The notes beneath the pieces were generated by a model. That model did not search any database, was not told the DNA's origin, and worked only from the letters and a program-made list of their open reading frames with translations. This document shows, one piece after another, positions 9,352-20,952 of a stretch of DNA of 64,000 nt. A program made the position numbers and the translations under genes. Source of the DNA: Octopus sinensis (taxonomy: Eukaryota); assembly GCF_006345805.1 (NCBI RefSeq), contig NC_043002.1, positions 92,752,001-92,816,000 on the forward strand, read 5' to 3'. Position 1 is the first letter of the stretch. Each line of letters starts with the position of its first letter.

Positions 9352-12211
9352 TGTGAGTTTGGATTTATTGGTATTTATTATTGGTGTGCGTCTGTATAGT
9401 AAGTGCAAGTTTCTATTGACTGTTTTTGTGTTATTTCCTGTTATAATTATTGTTCCTGTAATAATTATTTGTGTGATAGTCTTCGTTCGAAAGCTATCGT
9501 GTGTTTTCCCCTGTGGGGGAAACATTAATTGCTGGCAAGATGCCAAAAAGTGTAACTTCGTCTGGCGAAGAGTCGTCAACCAACACGGAGGCAAAAAAGA
9601 TTGATAGTTTAATATTTGGTGATATTTCGGATTCTTCTGAAAGTGAATTTCCCCAACCATCAATGGGTACTGTTGCAAAGAGGAATATTGACGTGAAAAG
9701 TATTGAAACAGAAGAAAATAAACAAAAAAAGTTTTGCGTCGGCGGCTGAAGGTGGAACCCGCCAGCTGTTGACAAACAAAAATGACCTGATAAAGTACAA
9801 AGATATGATAATTGAAGACGGTGTTGTAAAAGTTCAACCTCCGGAAGAACTATTAATGTTACAAAAAAGAAAAACAATTATTTTAAAATCTTACTGTCTA
9901 AAAAGAAAACAATTAATCGAGTGAGCGAAGAGAAAATTGAGAAGTGCTTGAAACCCTTCTGGGAGGATATCACATACCTAGCCAGAGGGAAGAAGTTTAG
10001 TACTATCGAAGTACGACTAAAAGATATAGAAACTGCACAAATGCGCTGTTAAATCTTTAGAAACGGGGGACGTTGTTTAATTCAATATATATGGGAATGA
10101 GGACGTCAAAGATACATATACCAAGGGTCCCACCTCAAAGTCGACCCTATATGGTTGATGACGGCAGCCCTGGCAAAAAGGAAGATAATATAACACTCCT
10201 TCAGGCTACCGTCACAGGAAAGGTTTATTGGACCGGTCAAACGGTTCACCTAATGCAAGCAGAACAGTCAAGTTTAGAACAGTTACCGGAGAAAATAGAA
10301 ATTGGGGAGGATCTTCTTAACGTATACGTCGAAGGGCGTAAGCCCCGATGTTTTCAGTGTGACCAGCTGGGCCATATAAAAAAACACTGTAGAACCGGCG
10401 AAGAAGAATCCGATGGTGAGGAAGAGAGAGAAACAAGAAAAGAAAGCAACTAACAACGAGAAAAATAGAAAGCTCAAATCAACAAAAGCAGGTCGAACTA
10501 AGATTTTAAAAAACTGCGAAAAGAGACAAGCCAAAAATAGTAAGGAAGGGAGCAGAAGACAGAGATAGTCGCGTTATACAGCAAAAATGAAGATTTAATG
10601 AGAGAAATAAAGGCGAAAAAAATCAGCCACTAGGATTGCAGAACTTTCTGATAAATATAAGAACTACAAGTTCTACGAAATGGATAAAAAGACTTATAAT
10701 GTATTAGTTAACACGTATTTAAGTAATGTCTATTTACATTGGTTGTGTAAATGTTCGTGGCCTGATGTCTAGCTGGAAGCAAGGGCGCTTCCTAAATGAC
10801 ATCAGGTCAAGAAAATTAGATGTGATTGTTGCAACGCAAACCCGGGTGAAGGGGCCAAGAGATCTGCTCCCCCTCCTGAACGGCTATGAGAAATACGTTT
10901 CTCTGAGTCGGGTGGGAGGTGGGGTGGGGTGTTGGTCCTACTAAAAAGAAACCGGGTAGCCGAGAAAAAGTTGTTTTTTTTCTGATCCAGAAGGCAGGTT
11001 TGGTTGCCCTCGACCTGACATTCAGTTGCGGCACGATAACCAGGCTGCTTGCAATTTATGCACCCAACGTTATGGGTTCTAATTAGAAAAACAGAAGTCC
11101 AAAGCTAAGTGACCACAAGATGGTTACCAGTAAGCTGACAGTAGATAAGTTGCATAGAAAGGGATCTGGCTACTGGAAACTCAATAGTTCCTTTTGGCGA
11201 TTGAGGAGTACAGAAAGCTGATCGAGATGTTAATACAGAGGGCATTGACAGGTACCATCATTAATAACAAATGGTGGCACGCCCTAAAAGGAGCCATAAA
11301 ATATGAGTCTATTAGATTTAGCATAAGTTTAGCTAAGAAGGGACGTAGAATAAGAGATGATCTAGTTAAGGAACTAGAAGAAGCCTGGAGGACTGATAAT
11401 GCAGACCAAGCGAGGGTGAAAAGACTGGAGTTAAACCAGCATCTTGAAGCCCAACACATGGGGAGTATTGCCAGAGCTAAGTTACGTGCGATGGGAAGTG
11501 AAGGAATCAAGGCTGCTGGACGGACCCGAGTGGTGGAAGCTCGACAAGAAAATAGTTCCACTATTCGGTCTTTGACGAATCAAAATGATGTCTTGGTAAA
11601 CGAATCCGAGGAAATGTGTGAGGCCTTTCGGGAGTACTTCGCCCAGCTGTTCGGCGGTGATGGCGGTCCTGATGGTGGGGGAATCCTCGAGGACTTTCTT
11701 GCCGGGCTGCTGTGCCTCTCGGGGTCGGATGCGGAGTCTTGCGAAGGGCTAATCACGCCTATGAGGTGATGGAGGATATGGCCGACTGCAAAGCGGGTAA
11801 GTCGCCGGGACTTGATGTTCTTCCGTACAAGCTGTATAAATGTATGCCAGTCTTGTTCAAGCACCTACTGGCTGACGTGTACACACGAACTGGCCACAGA
11901 ATGGGTTGGTGATAAATCTAGCGAAGGTGGAGCATTGGTACATTTTGATCAGTGTAAAGCTTTTGATGGAAGCATGTTGCACGAGTGTTTGCGTGCAAGG
12001 AACCGTGTGAATAGGCTATAAAGGAACAAAAATTAAAAAAAAAGGTAGCAGCGATAGATCGGGGCTTGTGGGGTCGGAGCGTGTTATATATCTATTGTTA
12101 ATTTCATTCGATAAATAATTTTTATATTCATAATTTTATGTAAACTCATAACGATCCCAATCAATTGGTTTGTCCATTTGTGTTTCGCCCCCTGTGGGCA
12201 ATACAGAAATT
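9352..12211 (+). mobile_element. Decayed, internally deleted Tx1/L1-like non-LTR retrotransposon (ORF1 zinc knuckle; ORF2 APE endonuclease and RT remnants)
   Basis: ORF1 CFQCDQLGHIKKHC (in 10073-10453). ORF2 start MSIYIGCVNVRGL (10726), SDHKMV and GSGYWKLNSS (~11108-11190), GKSPGLD (~11795), DQCKAFD (~11947). Multiple stops and frameshifts. 13-bp TSD GGTATTTCGTTTG/GGTATTTCGTGTG at 9339-9351 and 12212-12224. Confidence 0.85.
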
Positions 12212-12426
12212 GGTATTTCGTGTGTATTTACGTTCTGAGTTCAAATTCCGCCGCATACACTCACACGCACACATAATATACATATACATATATATATATA
12301 TATATATATGCTGTGCCTTTACTGTGATCTCCCTTTTAGTAGAAGAAATAGCTATAATCTCTTTGACTGCTATTTCTAAATTCGGTGTGTGGTAAGGCAA
12401 TTCGTTGCTAAACCCTTAATTGCTTA

Positions 12427-12486
<60 letters not shown>

Positions 12487-12621
12487 TACACATATATATA
12501 TAGAAATTATATATATAATATAATATATATATATATATATATACATTACACATACATATATAGAAATATATATATATAATATATCTATATATATATATAT
12601 ACATTACACATACATATATAG

Positions 12622-12665
<44 letters not shown>

Positions 12666-12682
12666 TACACATACATATATAG

Positions 12683-12727
<45 letters not shown>

Positions 12728-13014
12728 TACACATACTATATAGAAATTATATATATATAATATATATATATATACATTACACATACATATATAGAAATAT
12801 ATATATATATATATATATACATTACACATACATATATAGAAATATATATAATATTATATATATATAATATATATATATATACATATGTGTATATTATATA
12901 TATATGTATGTATATACAGACATACATGTATACACATATAGAATATAATTATATATATATATGTATGTAATATATATATATGTATGTATAATTATATATA
13001 TAAATATGTATGTA

Positions 13015-13059
<45 letters not shown>

Positions 13060-13078
13060 ATATATATGTATGTATGTG

Positions 13079-13113
<35 letters not shown>

Positions 13114-13129
13114 GTATATATATATATAC

Positions 13130-13176
<47 letters not shown>

Positions 13177-13340
13177 ATTATATATATATGTATGTATAAT
13201 TATATATATAAATATGTATGTATATATGTTATATATATATATATTATATATATATATATATACTGTATATATATGTATGTATATCTATATGTATGTGCAT
13301 ATCCATGTATGTCTATATGTATGTATATATATATAATATA

Positions 13341-13373
<33 letters not shown>

Positions 13374-13616
13374 ACACATGTCTATATGTATGTGTATATA
13401 TATGTATGTGTATATGTGTGTATATATTTGCGTATGTATGTGTGTGTATGTATATATATATATACACACACACACACACATACATACGCGTATGTATATA
13501 TATGTATGTATGTGTATATGTGTGTATATATTTGCGTAGGTATGTGTGTGTATGTATATATATATATGTATATATATACACACACACACACACATACATA
13601 CGCGTATGTATATATA

Positions 13617-13663
<47 letters not shown>

Positions 13664-13710
13664 TATACTGTGTGTGTTTATACACACATACATACGCGTA
13701 TGTATATATA

Positions 13711-13752
<42 letters not shown>

Positions 13753-13770
13753 CTGTGTGTGTTTATACAT
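12427..13770. repeat. Compound (TA)n/(TATG)n microsatellite with higher-order ~60-bp duplications
   Basis: Repeated TACATTACACATACATATATAGAAAT blocks separated by (TA)n. Confidence 0.9.
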
Positions 13771-14410
13771 AGTCTGATCAACAAGTTCCAGTCTGTTGCC
13801 AGAGTAACGAAGCACAAGCACGCAGAGTAAAGCCGCTTGACACAGATTGACCTTAAAGTTTGCTGTGCATGCGCACAAAGTTTTAACGTTCTGCCTCACT
13901 TCCACTGTTTACAGCAGTGCTTGGGAGGAAGGTGGGTAGCGTTTGATGAAGGTGGGTAGCATTTGATCGCTACTTTGACCACTACAGAAAGTTGAGCAGA
14001 GAATCTGCATCAAATTTTGCCAAAATCTTGGCAATACCTACTCAGGCCTACGCAATACCTACTCAGTAGGCAATACCTAGTCAAGCCTACACGAAGTTTT
14101 CAGAAAGTTTTCATCGTTCGACACAAGATCTTGTGCAACTGAAACCCCAGTGTCTTTTTGGTCAGCTGAAAGCAGTTTTGGCACAAACATGGCAGACATG
14201 CGTCTCATACCCAAATCTTCAGTGATAATGGACTGAACTGTACCGTAACTAATCTGCACATCCTCTGATACACAGATGGTGATAAGATCAGGCGCTACAC
14301 ATGTTCCTTCCAAGCACTGCTGTAAACAGCTGAAGTGAGCTAGAACGCTAAAATTTAGTGCGCATGCACTGCAGACATGGTCAGTGTCAGGCGGCTTTAC
14401 TCTGCGTGTT
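13770..14410. mobile_element. Mariner-derived rearranged element with inverted left-end arms
   Basis: + strand EQRICIKFCQNLG (~13995). - strand QISYGTVQSIITEDLGMRRMSAMFVPKLLS (within 14077-14280). 14295-14410 is approximately the reverse complement of ~13820-13940. Confidence 0.75.
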
Positions 14411-15199
14411 CATCTTCAGAAACAATTTGTCCATAAAAGATGAACATATGAGTGGGGACGAGCATGGACACCACAACAATGTTTGTTACAATGAAATCAC
14501 AATGAAATCGTAATTTTAAAAAATTTGAAAAATCGGGATGGATATAGAAAAATGACAAATTCGAATGTAAAGATAGATGTGGGGTTCTAATCAACCCGCC
14601 TGTTTTCTCTCTTTTCTTCGACACCTTCCGCTCGCATACTACAGGCATCCATCTTTTTCGAAGCACCGCTCGCATCATTCTTAACTACAGGCATCCATCT
14701 TTTTCGAAGCACCGCAGGTGATTAACTTACCTGTCTCAAGCAGAAGAAACTTACCAGTGCATACCTGTCTCAATTCCCTCTTCCACGCGTCGTCCATACT
14801 GTGTCTTACAGTATGGCGTCTGGAAGGAATGTGTGTAGCGTCTGATCGTTACATTGAACATGACAAGTTTAGCAAAGAGAATCTGCACCAAAAGTTGCCA
14901 AAAGCTGGCGATATCGCCAACAAGATGTCGTGGAGCTCAAAACCCGAATATCTTTTTGGTCAGTTATACTTGATTTTAATACTGCTGCCGATGCTTTTCA
15001 GCGTTCCAAGTTGATAAACTTTTTCAATTTGTTGGGCGCCTTAAAAAGAAAAATTTTGGGGATTTTATACTTGCTGAAATAGAAATCTAGATTTCTTTTA
15101 TCGAGGAAACTCGTCCTTCTAGGGTCGTAAAAACTCACCGATCTAAATCAATTGAAACTAAAAAAAATTAAGATAAAGACCAAATTCAGATGTAGATAA

Positions 15200-15205
15200 T
15201 TTATT
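15200..15205 (-). terminator. Polyadenylation signal AATAAA of the protamine gene
   Basis: TTTATT on + at 15200-15205, about 65 nt downstream of the stop codon. Confidence 0.6.
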
Positions 15206-15270
15206 TCTACTGATTATTAACAGTCAAGAAAGGTGTGAAGACGCTGTTGCCACTAAAATTGTTAGGCTGA

Positions 15271-15615
15271 TTAGGCTGATGAACCATATGGGTCCGAAGA
15301 CCTCCTCCGTCCCCTTGAACGCCTTCTCCTTCCACGCCTTCTCCTATGCCTCCTCCTCCTCCTCCTCCTTCTCCCTCCATGCGCTCTACGTCTCCCTCTC
15401 GAACGACGACGACGACCTCTTCGCCTGCGACCCCTGCGACCCCTTCTTCTTCTTCTGCGGTAACCTCCATCCAACAAACTCTGCTGGCTGTTAGCATTAC
15501 GAGGAGCTGTGATTCTCCGACGCCTATAACCGGCAGCGACTGAAGGCGTCCGGCAACCATTGATGGAGCCGAGAAATTTACGGCCCAGAGTCTGAACCTT
15601 ATCTTTCAGAATCAT
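15271..15615 (-). CDS. Sperm protamine precursor (114 aa; pro-region plus two Arg-rich protamine units)
   Basis: MILKDKVQTL...SLLDGG|YRRRRRRGRRGRRRRGRRRRSRGRRRAHGG|RRRRRRRRHRRRRGRRRRSRGRRR-SSDPYGSSA. Arg codons are mixed (CGN, AGA, AGG), so it is not a simple microsatellite. The ATG at 15615 is the first ATG after a TATA/Inr promoter, and AATAAA lies downstream. LLxGG before the Arg run resembles cuttlefish/squid protamine precursors (recalled). Confidence 0.85.
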   Translation of the reverse strand: MILKDKVQTLGRKFLGSINGCRTPSVAAGYRRRRITAPRNANSQQSLLDGGYRRRRRRGRRGRRRRGRRRRSRGRRRAHGGRRRRRRRRHRRRRGRRRRSRGRRRSSDPYGSSA

Positions 15616-15678
15616 CGCCGATGAAGGAAAGACAACTAAAGAATATTTTTTGTCTTCTATCGAAACCAAGGCGATCGG

Positions 15679-15756
15679 AACTGATACAGACAGGTCGAGA
15701 CCTTCCCTTATATAACATTTGATGGCTAAGCACGTGATCATATTTCTATGACGTGT
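15679..15756 (-). promoter_or_regulatory. Pol II core promoter of the protamine gene (TATA + Inr, E-box, CRE half-site)
   Basis: Minus strand TATATAAG at 15714-15707. Inr TCAGTT with A at 15682, 30-32 nt from TATA. CACGTG at 15731-15736. TGACGT at 15749-15754 (+). Confidence 0.7.
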
Positions 15757-16073
15757 TACCAGTCTGACGGGCCTATTGTTTTCAATTCTTCTCTATTTTC
15801 GACCTAAAAAATCTATTACGTATCAACAAATATATGTGGCTAAAATCAATTCGTCCTGTGAATTGGTTTCCTCATTTGAAATGTTCTATGACATCATAAT
15901 AAACGAAACAAACTTCGAAAAATTATTCAAAATTATTCAAAAATAAATGAATAAATGATTTTTTTTAAATGAAGTTATATTTTCTTTTTTAAAAGAAATA
16001 TTATCTTCTAAATTTCTGGATTTTTAGAAATATATATCTAACAAATATGCTTCAATTTTTTTTTTAATGCTTG

Positions 16074-16473
16074 GGATCTTTTCGGTTTGACCGGCAGTTT
16101 TTTAAAATAATTTCCACGTAACTAAAAAATTTTAAACTTCGTATACTGGTAGAATGTGTTTATAAAACATCTTTTTCTCTTGGCTTTATTGAGAAAATTC
16201 TATAGTTTGTAAGATATTTGTTGTTGTTTTGTGAAAACATTCTGTGCCGTATAAAATGCCCCTCGTTTAAGAAACAGATTGGGTTTATTTACATTTCTGA
16301 AGAAAAAAAGATACCCTTCCTCCCACCCCTAACCCTAACCCTAACTAACCCTAAATCTAACCCTAACCCTAAAATAGATTGAAATGCAATACATCGATAC
16401 TAGGGTCATAATTATGGGTGACAATTTCATATGACACCTCTAGAAAAAACTGTCTGTCAAACCGAAAAGATGC
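16074..16473 (-). mobile_element. MITE (GG-terminal ~28-bp TIR) containing CCCTAA repeats, copy 1
   Basis: Starts GGATCTTTTCGGTTTGACCGGCAGTTTT. Reverse complement of the 16662-17079 copy. Confidence 0.85.
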
Positions 16474-16661
16474 TTGCTCATCCCGTAAAAATATATTATT
16501 CGCAATATGTATTTTACTAGATGGTAGTGAGTTGATGTAACCCTCGGTGTAACCCACGACTTACTTTTACTTACATCTTTCTCTAACCTCTGAGTTCAAA
16601 TTCTGCGGAATCGAGTATAAATCGAGTTGTTTACTCATTTCTCCAGAAAAGATAAAATAAC

Positions 16662-17079
16662 GGATCTTTTCGGTTTGAACGGTAGTTTTTTCTAGCGGTG
16701 TCATATGAAATTGTCATCCATAATTATGACCCTAGAATCGATCTATTGCATTTCAATCTGTTTTAGGGTTAGGATTAGTTAGGATTAGGGTTAGGGGTGG
16801 GGGAAGGGTATCTTTTTTTCTTCACAAATCTGTTTCTTAAACGAGGGACATATTAATACGGCACAGAATGTTTTCACCTCAATAGACGGTCATTGATTGG
16901 TTGAAATTGCAGAAATTGAAGAAAAAAAAACAACAAATATCTTACAAACTATAGGATTTTCTCAATAAAGCCAAGAGAAAAAGATGTTTTATAAACACAT
17001 TCTACCAGTATACGAAGTTTAAAATCTTTTAGTTACCTAGAAATTATGTTAAAAATTGCCGTTCAAACCGAAAAGATCC
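16662..17079 (+). mobile_element. MITE (possibly Merlin-type), copy 2
   Basis: TIR GGATCTTTTCGGTTTGAACGG / CCGTTCAAACCGAAAAGATCC; 8-bp TSD AAAATAAC; internal TTAGGG-like repeats. Confidence 0.88.
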
Positions 17080-17351
17080 AAAATAACAACTAATTTAGGA
17101 TCAATCGAAACGACTAAACTGTGTAACACGATTTTTGTCCTTGGGTAGCAACTGTTACTTCCTGTTTGCTTACCCATAGGGAGGGTGGAAAATGGCTAAT
17201 ATTTCCTTCAAACTTTTGTTACATTTATTCAAACCATCCAAAATCCTTCTCAGTACATGGCTATCACACTCGCCACCACCACCACCTCTACTCCTACTCA
17301 TCATCAGAGATGCAGATATTGTCTGCCACAAAGGGACATGGTTAAGTGGTT

Positions 17352-17577
17352 CAGCTGGCAGAAACGTTAGCACGCCGGGCGAAATTCGTAGCCGTATTTC
17401 GTCTGCCGTTACGTTCTGGGTTCAAATTCCGCCGAGGTCGACTTTGCCTTTCATCCTTTCGGGGTCGATAAATTAAGTACCAGTTACGCACTGGGGTCTA
17501 TGTAATCGACTTAACACCTATGTCTGTCCTTGTTTGTCCCCTCTGTGTTTAGCCCCTTGTGGGTAGTAAAGAAATAG
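17352..17577 (+). mobile_element. 5'-truncated SINE family A inserted in an older repeat (17215-17630, related to 60541-61080)
   Basis: TSD GGTTCAG. The flanks join to match ~60825-60970. Confidence 0.8.
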
Positions 17578-18199
17578 GTTCAGATCAAGCAACTGACAAG
17601 CAACTCTGTGGTACTGAGCAGAATATTTCTTCTAATGATGTTTCTGCTTCAGCAACCCAGCGCTGTAGCTGACTGATATCTAACGGAAAATAGGTCAGTT
17701 TCAAAACATTGAGGTTCTGGTCACAAAAGCAGAGTCTGAAATGAATAGTAGTAATTTCCTTTGATTTCAAGATAGAAACAAATAGGAAATAACACTGACC
17801 AAAGACAATACATAAATAAATAAAATCTTGTTACACAGTGTTAACAGTTCCCAAAGACTTCGTGTCACCTGTAACAATATGTAGAAGTTCTTATTTTACA
17901 CAGGCAGATATATCTACTGGATTTTTTAAATAAATGTACGAAGAGAGGGTTGATTCAAAGGGCAAACCTCTTCTTGTCGCCCGGCCTACAGAAACAGCAA
18001 CCAAATTATCCTCCCAATATTCATTACCTTCTTCAGTAATGAAGGACAACGAACCCCTGGTAATTATTGCTTCGACACTTATGATTATAGATGGCGCTGA
18101 GTCATAAGTGAACTGGCATAAAACGACAACGAGGAATAGGATTTAGTCGATCAAGTAAGTACCTAAAAATAGCCATATTTTAAAATAGCTTGCTAATAT

Positions 18200-18405
18200 T
18201 GGTTTCAAATTTTGGCACAAGGCCAGCAACTTCAGGGGAGGGGTAAATCGATTACATTGATCCCAGTGCTCAACTGATATTTATTTTATCGATCCCGAAA
18301 GGGGAAGTCAACCTCGGCAGAATTTGAACTCAGAACGTAAAGACGGACGAAATACTGCTGAGCATATTGCCTGGCGTGCTAACGATTCTGCCAGCTCGCG
18401 GCCTT
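18200..18405 (-). mobile_element. SINE family A (alternative tail)
   Basis: Reverse complement of the family A head and core. Confidence 0.75.
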
Positions 18406-18571
18406 ATATCTTGTTAATATTAACAAGGCCGTTTGTAAAAATTAATTTTCATAAGATGGTGGGAAGTGAGAGTTGTTTTGAGAGTCAAAAGATCATTTTC
18501 TGAAGCGAACGGTAGACAGTAAGGAAGTTTTATTAAGCAGAGTGCAAGGAAACTAATGGAGGACTGGGTGT

Positions 18572-18956
18572 TAAGAGTACTCCGTCGGTTACGACGATGA
18601 GGGTCCCAGCTGATACGATCAACGGAACAGCTTGCTCGTGGAATTAACGTGCAAGTGGCTGAGCACTCCACAGACACGTGTACCCTTAACGTAGTTCTCG
18701 AGGAGATTCAGCGTGACACAGAGTGTAACAAGGCTGGCCCTTTGAAATACAGGTACAACAGAAACAGGAAGTAAGAGTGAGAGAAAGTTGTGGTGAAAGA
18801 GTACAGCAGGGTTTCACCACCACCCCCTGCAGGAGCCTCGTGAAGCTTTAGGTGTTTTCGCTCAATAAACTCTCACAATGCCCGGTCTGGGAATCGAAAC
18901 CGCGATCCTACGACCGCGAGTCCGCTGCCCTAACCACTGGGCCATTGCGCCTCCAC
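18572..18956 (-). mobile_element. tRNA-Arg-derived SINE family B (octopus OR-like)
   Basis: Head GGAGGCGCAATGGCCCAGTGGTTAGGGCAGCGGACTCGCGGTC (TCG at the anticodon position), B-box GTTTCGATTCC. 11-bp TSD GGACTGGGTGT. Confidence 0.9.
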
Positions 18957-19460
18957 GGACTGGGTGTACAAAAATAAGTGAGCAAGTTTGGGTATGGGTA
19001 TGTTTGTAAGCCGTGATGGGGCGAGAATCTCCGTGTCTTGGCCAAGCCCTTCAATGAAGATACTTTGATTCCGAGTGAGTTTGAATTCATAACATAAATA
19101 GTATTTCATCCAGCTTTCTGGGATTTAATCATACCAATAATTAAATATAATATGCATGTAATATGCATGTAATTTAGACAGGAGAAGAGAAATCCTGGAA
19201 AAGAAAACAAGATGAAATCGACCCCGATACCCGACTCATAATCATTTTGCTGCCCCTGTTGGATGAAGTTGTCCATAAACAAGATTATATAGTTAAAGAC
19301 AGGGTAGGGTGGAGAAGGAGAGAGAGAGGGAATGAGAAAGAGAGAGAGAGAGAAAGAGAAAGAGAGAGGCAGACAGACAGACGGACTGACAGACAGAAAC
19401 ACTCACGTATGGATGTCAATTTGGCCTATATGGTTTGATAGCTAACTAGCTAGCTAGATA

Positions 19461-20160
19461 AGTTTCTTTATTGGCCACACAGGGCTGCACACAGATGGGA
19501 CAAGTTACAAGGTAGAGCTTTTCTTTTGGAGGAGCAAAAAAAAGATGGCGTAGGTTTTCGATCAAAAGGGATCATAAAAGGGAAAAAAGAACAAAAAAAG
19601 AAAAAAAGAAAAAAAACGGAAAAAAGGGAAAAGGACCAAAAGAAAAGAAAAATGAAAAAAGAAGAGAAAATAGGGAAAAAGGGGAAGAGGAAAAAAACGA
19701 TCAATAGGGATCGTGTATCACAGTGTCATGATGTATGGTGTAAAAGGGAAAGCAAGTAAGGTTTATCCGTGGGAAGAACAGCCTACGAAAAAGACCACGG
19801 TAACCTTGGTCAATATTGTTATATGTTACCACATTTGTTTGCAAGTGGGTAACCCTCTGTTTTCAATTTCTGGGTTCATAGGATTATGCTCAAGGTGGCT
19901 TCGTCATTCATACGTGCCATCCTTGCTACATTCACCCATCTTTTTTTAAAACGTTCGCTAGACAAAACTTGCCTCTCTACTCTCACTTTCCTTTTCAAGT
20001 GGTACTTGAAGAAGTCGATGAGAGGTTGACCAGAGAGGAAAGTGTTTGTCTCCAATCGTTTCAGACGCGTCCACCAGATACGTTCTTTCGCCATAGCCAC
20101 AAGGATGATGAAAATAGCTCTTCCTTCCCGTTTGAAGGGAGCAGGCGTGACGATATTAAC
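19461..20160 (-). mobile_element. 3' end of Tx1/L1-like LINE (family 2) with GATA-type repeats at both ends
   Basis: Minus ORF end FIILVAMAKERIWWTR...FKKRWVNVARM; 3' end CCAATAAAGAAACT. Near-identical to 23661-24431. Confidence 0.8.
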
Positions 20161-20393
20161 GATAGATAGATGGATGGATGGATGGATGGATGGATGGACA
20201 GAGAGAGAGAGAGTGAGAAAAAGAGAGAGAGAGAAAGAGAGAGCGAACCAGCCTGACTGACTGTCAGACGGACAGACGGACCGACGGACCGACAGACAAG
20301 CAGACTGACAGACAGACAGACGTGCAGGCAAGTAGGCAGACAGACAGACAGGTAGGCAGACAGACAGACAGGCAGACAGACAGACAGACAGAC

Positions 20394-20457
<64 letters not shown>

Positions 20458-20694
20458 TTGGAAGAAGGGCAAGTTTACAAAATCCATATGAATCGATAGT
20501 TGAGTTTTATTGATTGTAAAGATGCTTTGGCAATATTAAGAAGGAAATGTCTTTGATAATGTGGAAGAATTCTTGTGGGAAAAAGCAATCAATATAGGAT
20601 CCAATACTGACAAGTACGAAACTTTCGGAACTTGTAATTCTGAAAACCATTTACTCAATTCAGGAACGTTCCAGAAAACATATTACGGTGAAAG

Positions 20695-20731
<37 letters not shown>

Positions 20732-20952
20732 TATATATATATACAAGGAGAGAGAGAGAGTGAGTGAGAGAGATAGGTAGGTAGGTTGGTAGGTAGGTAG
20801 GTAGGTAGGTAGGTAGGTAGGTAGGTAGGTGAGTAGGTCGGTAGGTATGTATGTAGGTAGGTAGGTAGGTAAGAAGGTAGCAATAGAGGTAGATCGATAG
20901 AAAACACATACATACATACATACATACATACATACATGTACGTATGTATGTA

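Noticed and set aside
12416-13830. Long ORFs rich in YI/CV/HT/LSIY (also 22764-23710, 25871-27702, 51751-52992)
   Set aside because: Translations of micro- and minisatellites.
15207-15560. Alternative frames (Glu/Gly-rich on minus; Pro/Ser/Thr-rich on plus)
   Set aside because: Shadows of the protamine ORF with no family resemblance.
15616-15741. Longer 156-aa version of the Arg-rich ORF from the ORF track
   Set aside because: It starts at a non-ATG codon and runs through the TATA box and Inr. The ATG at 15615 is preferred.
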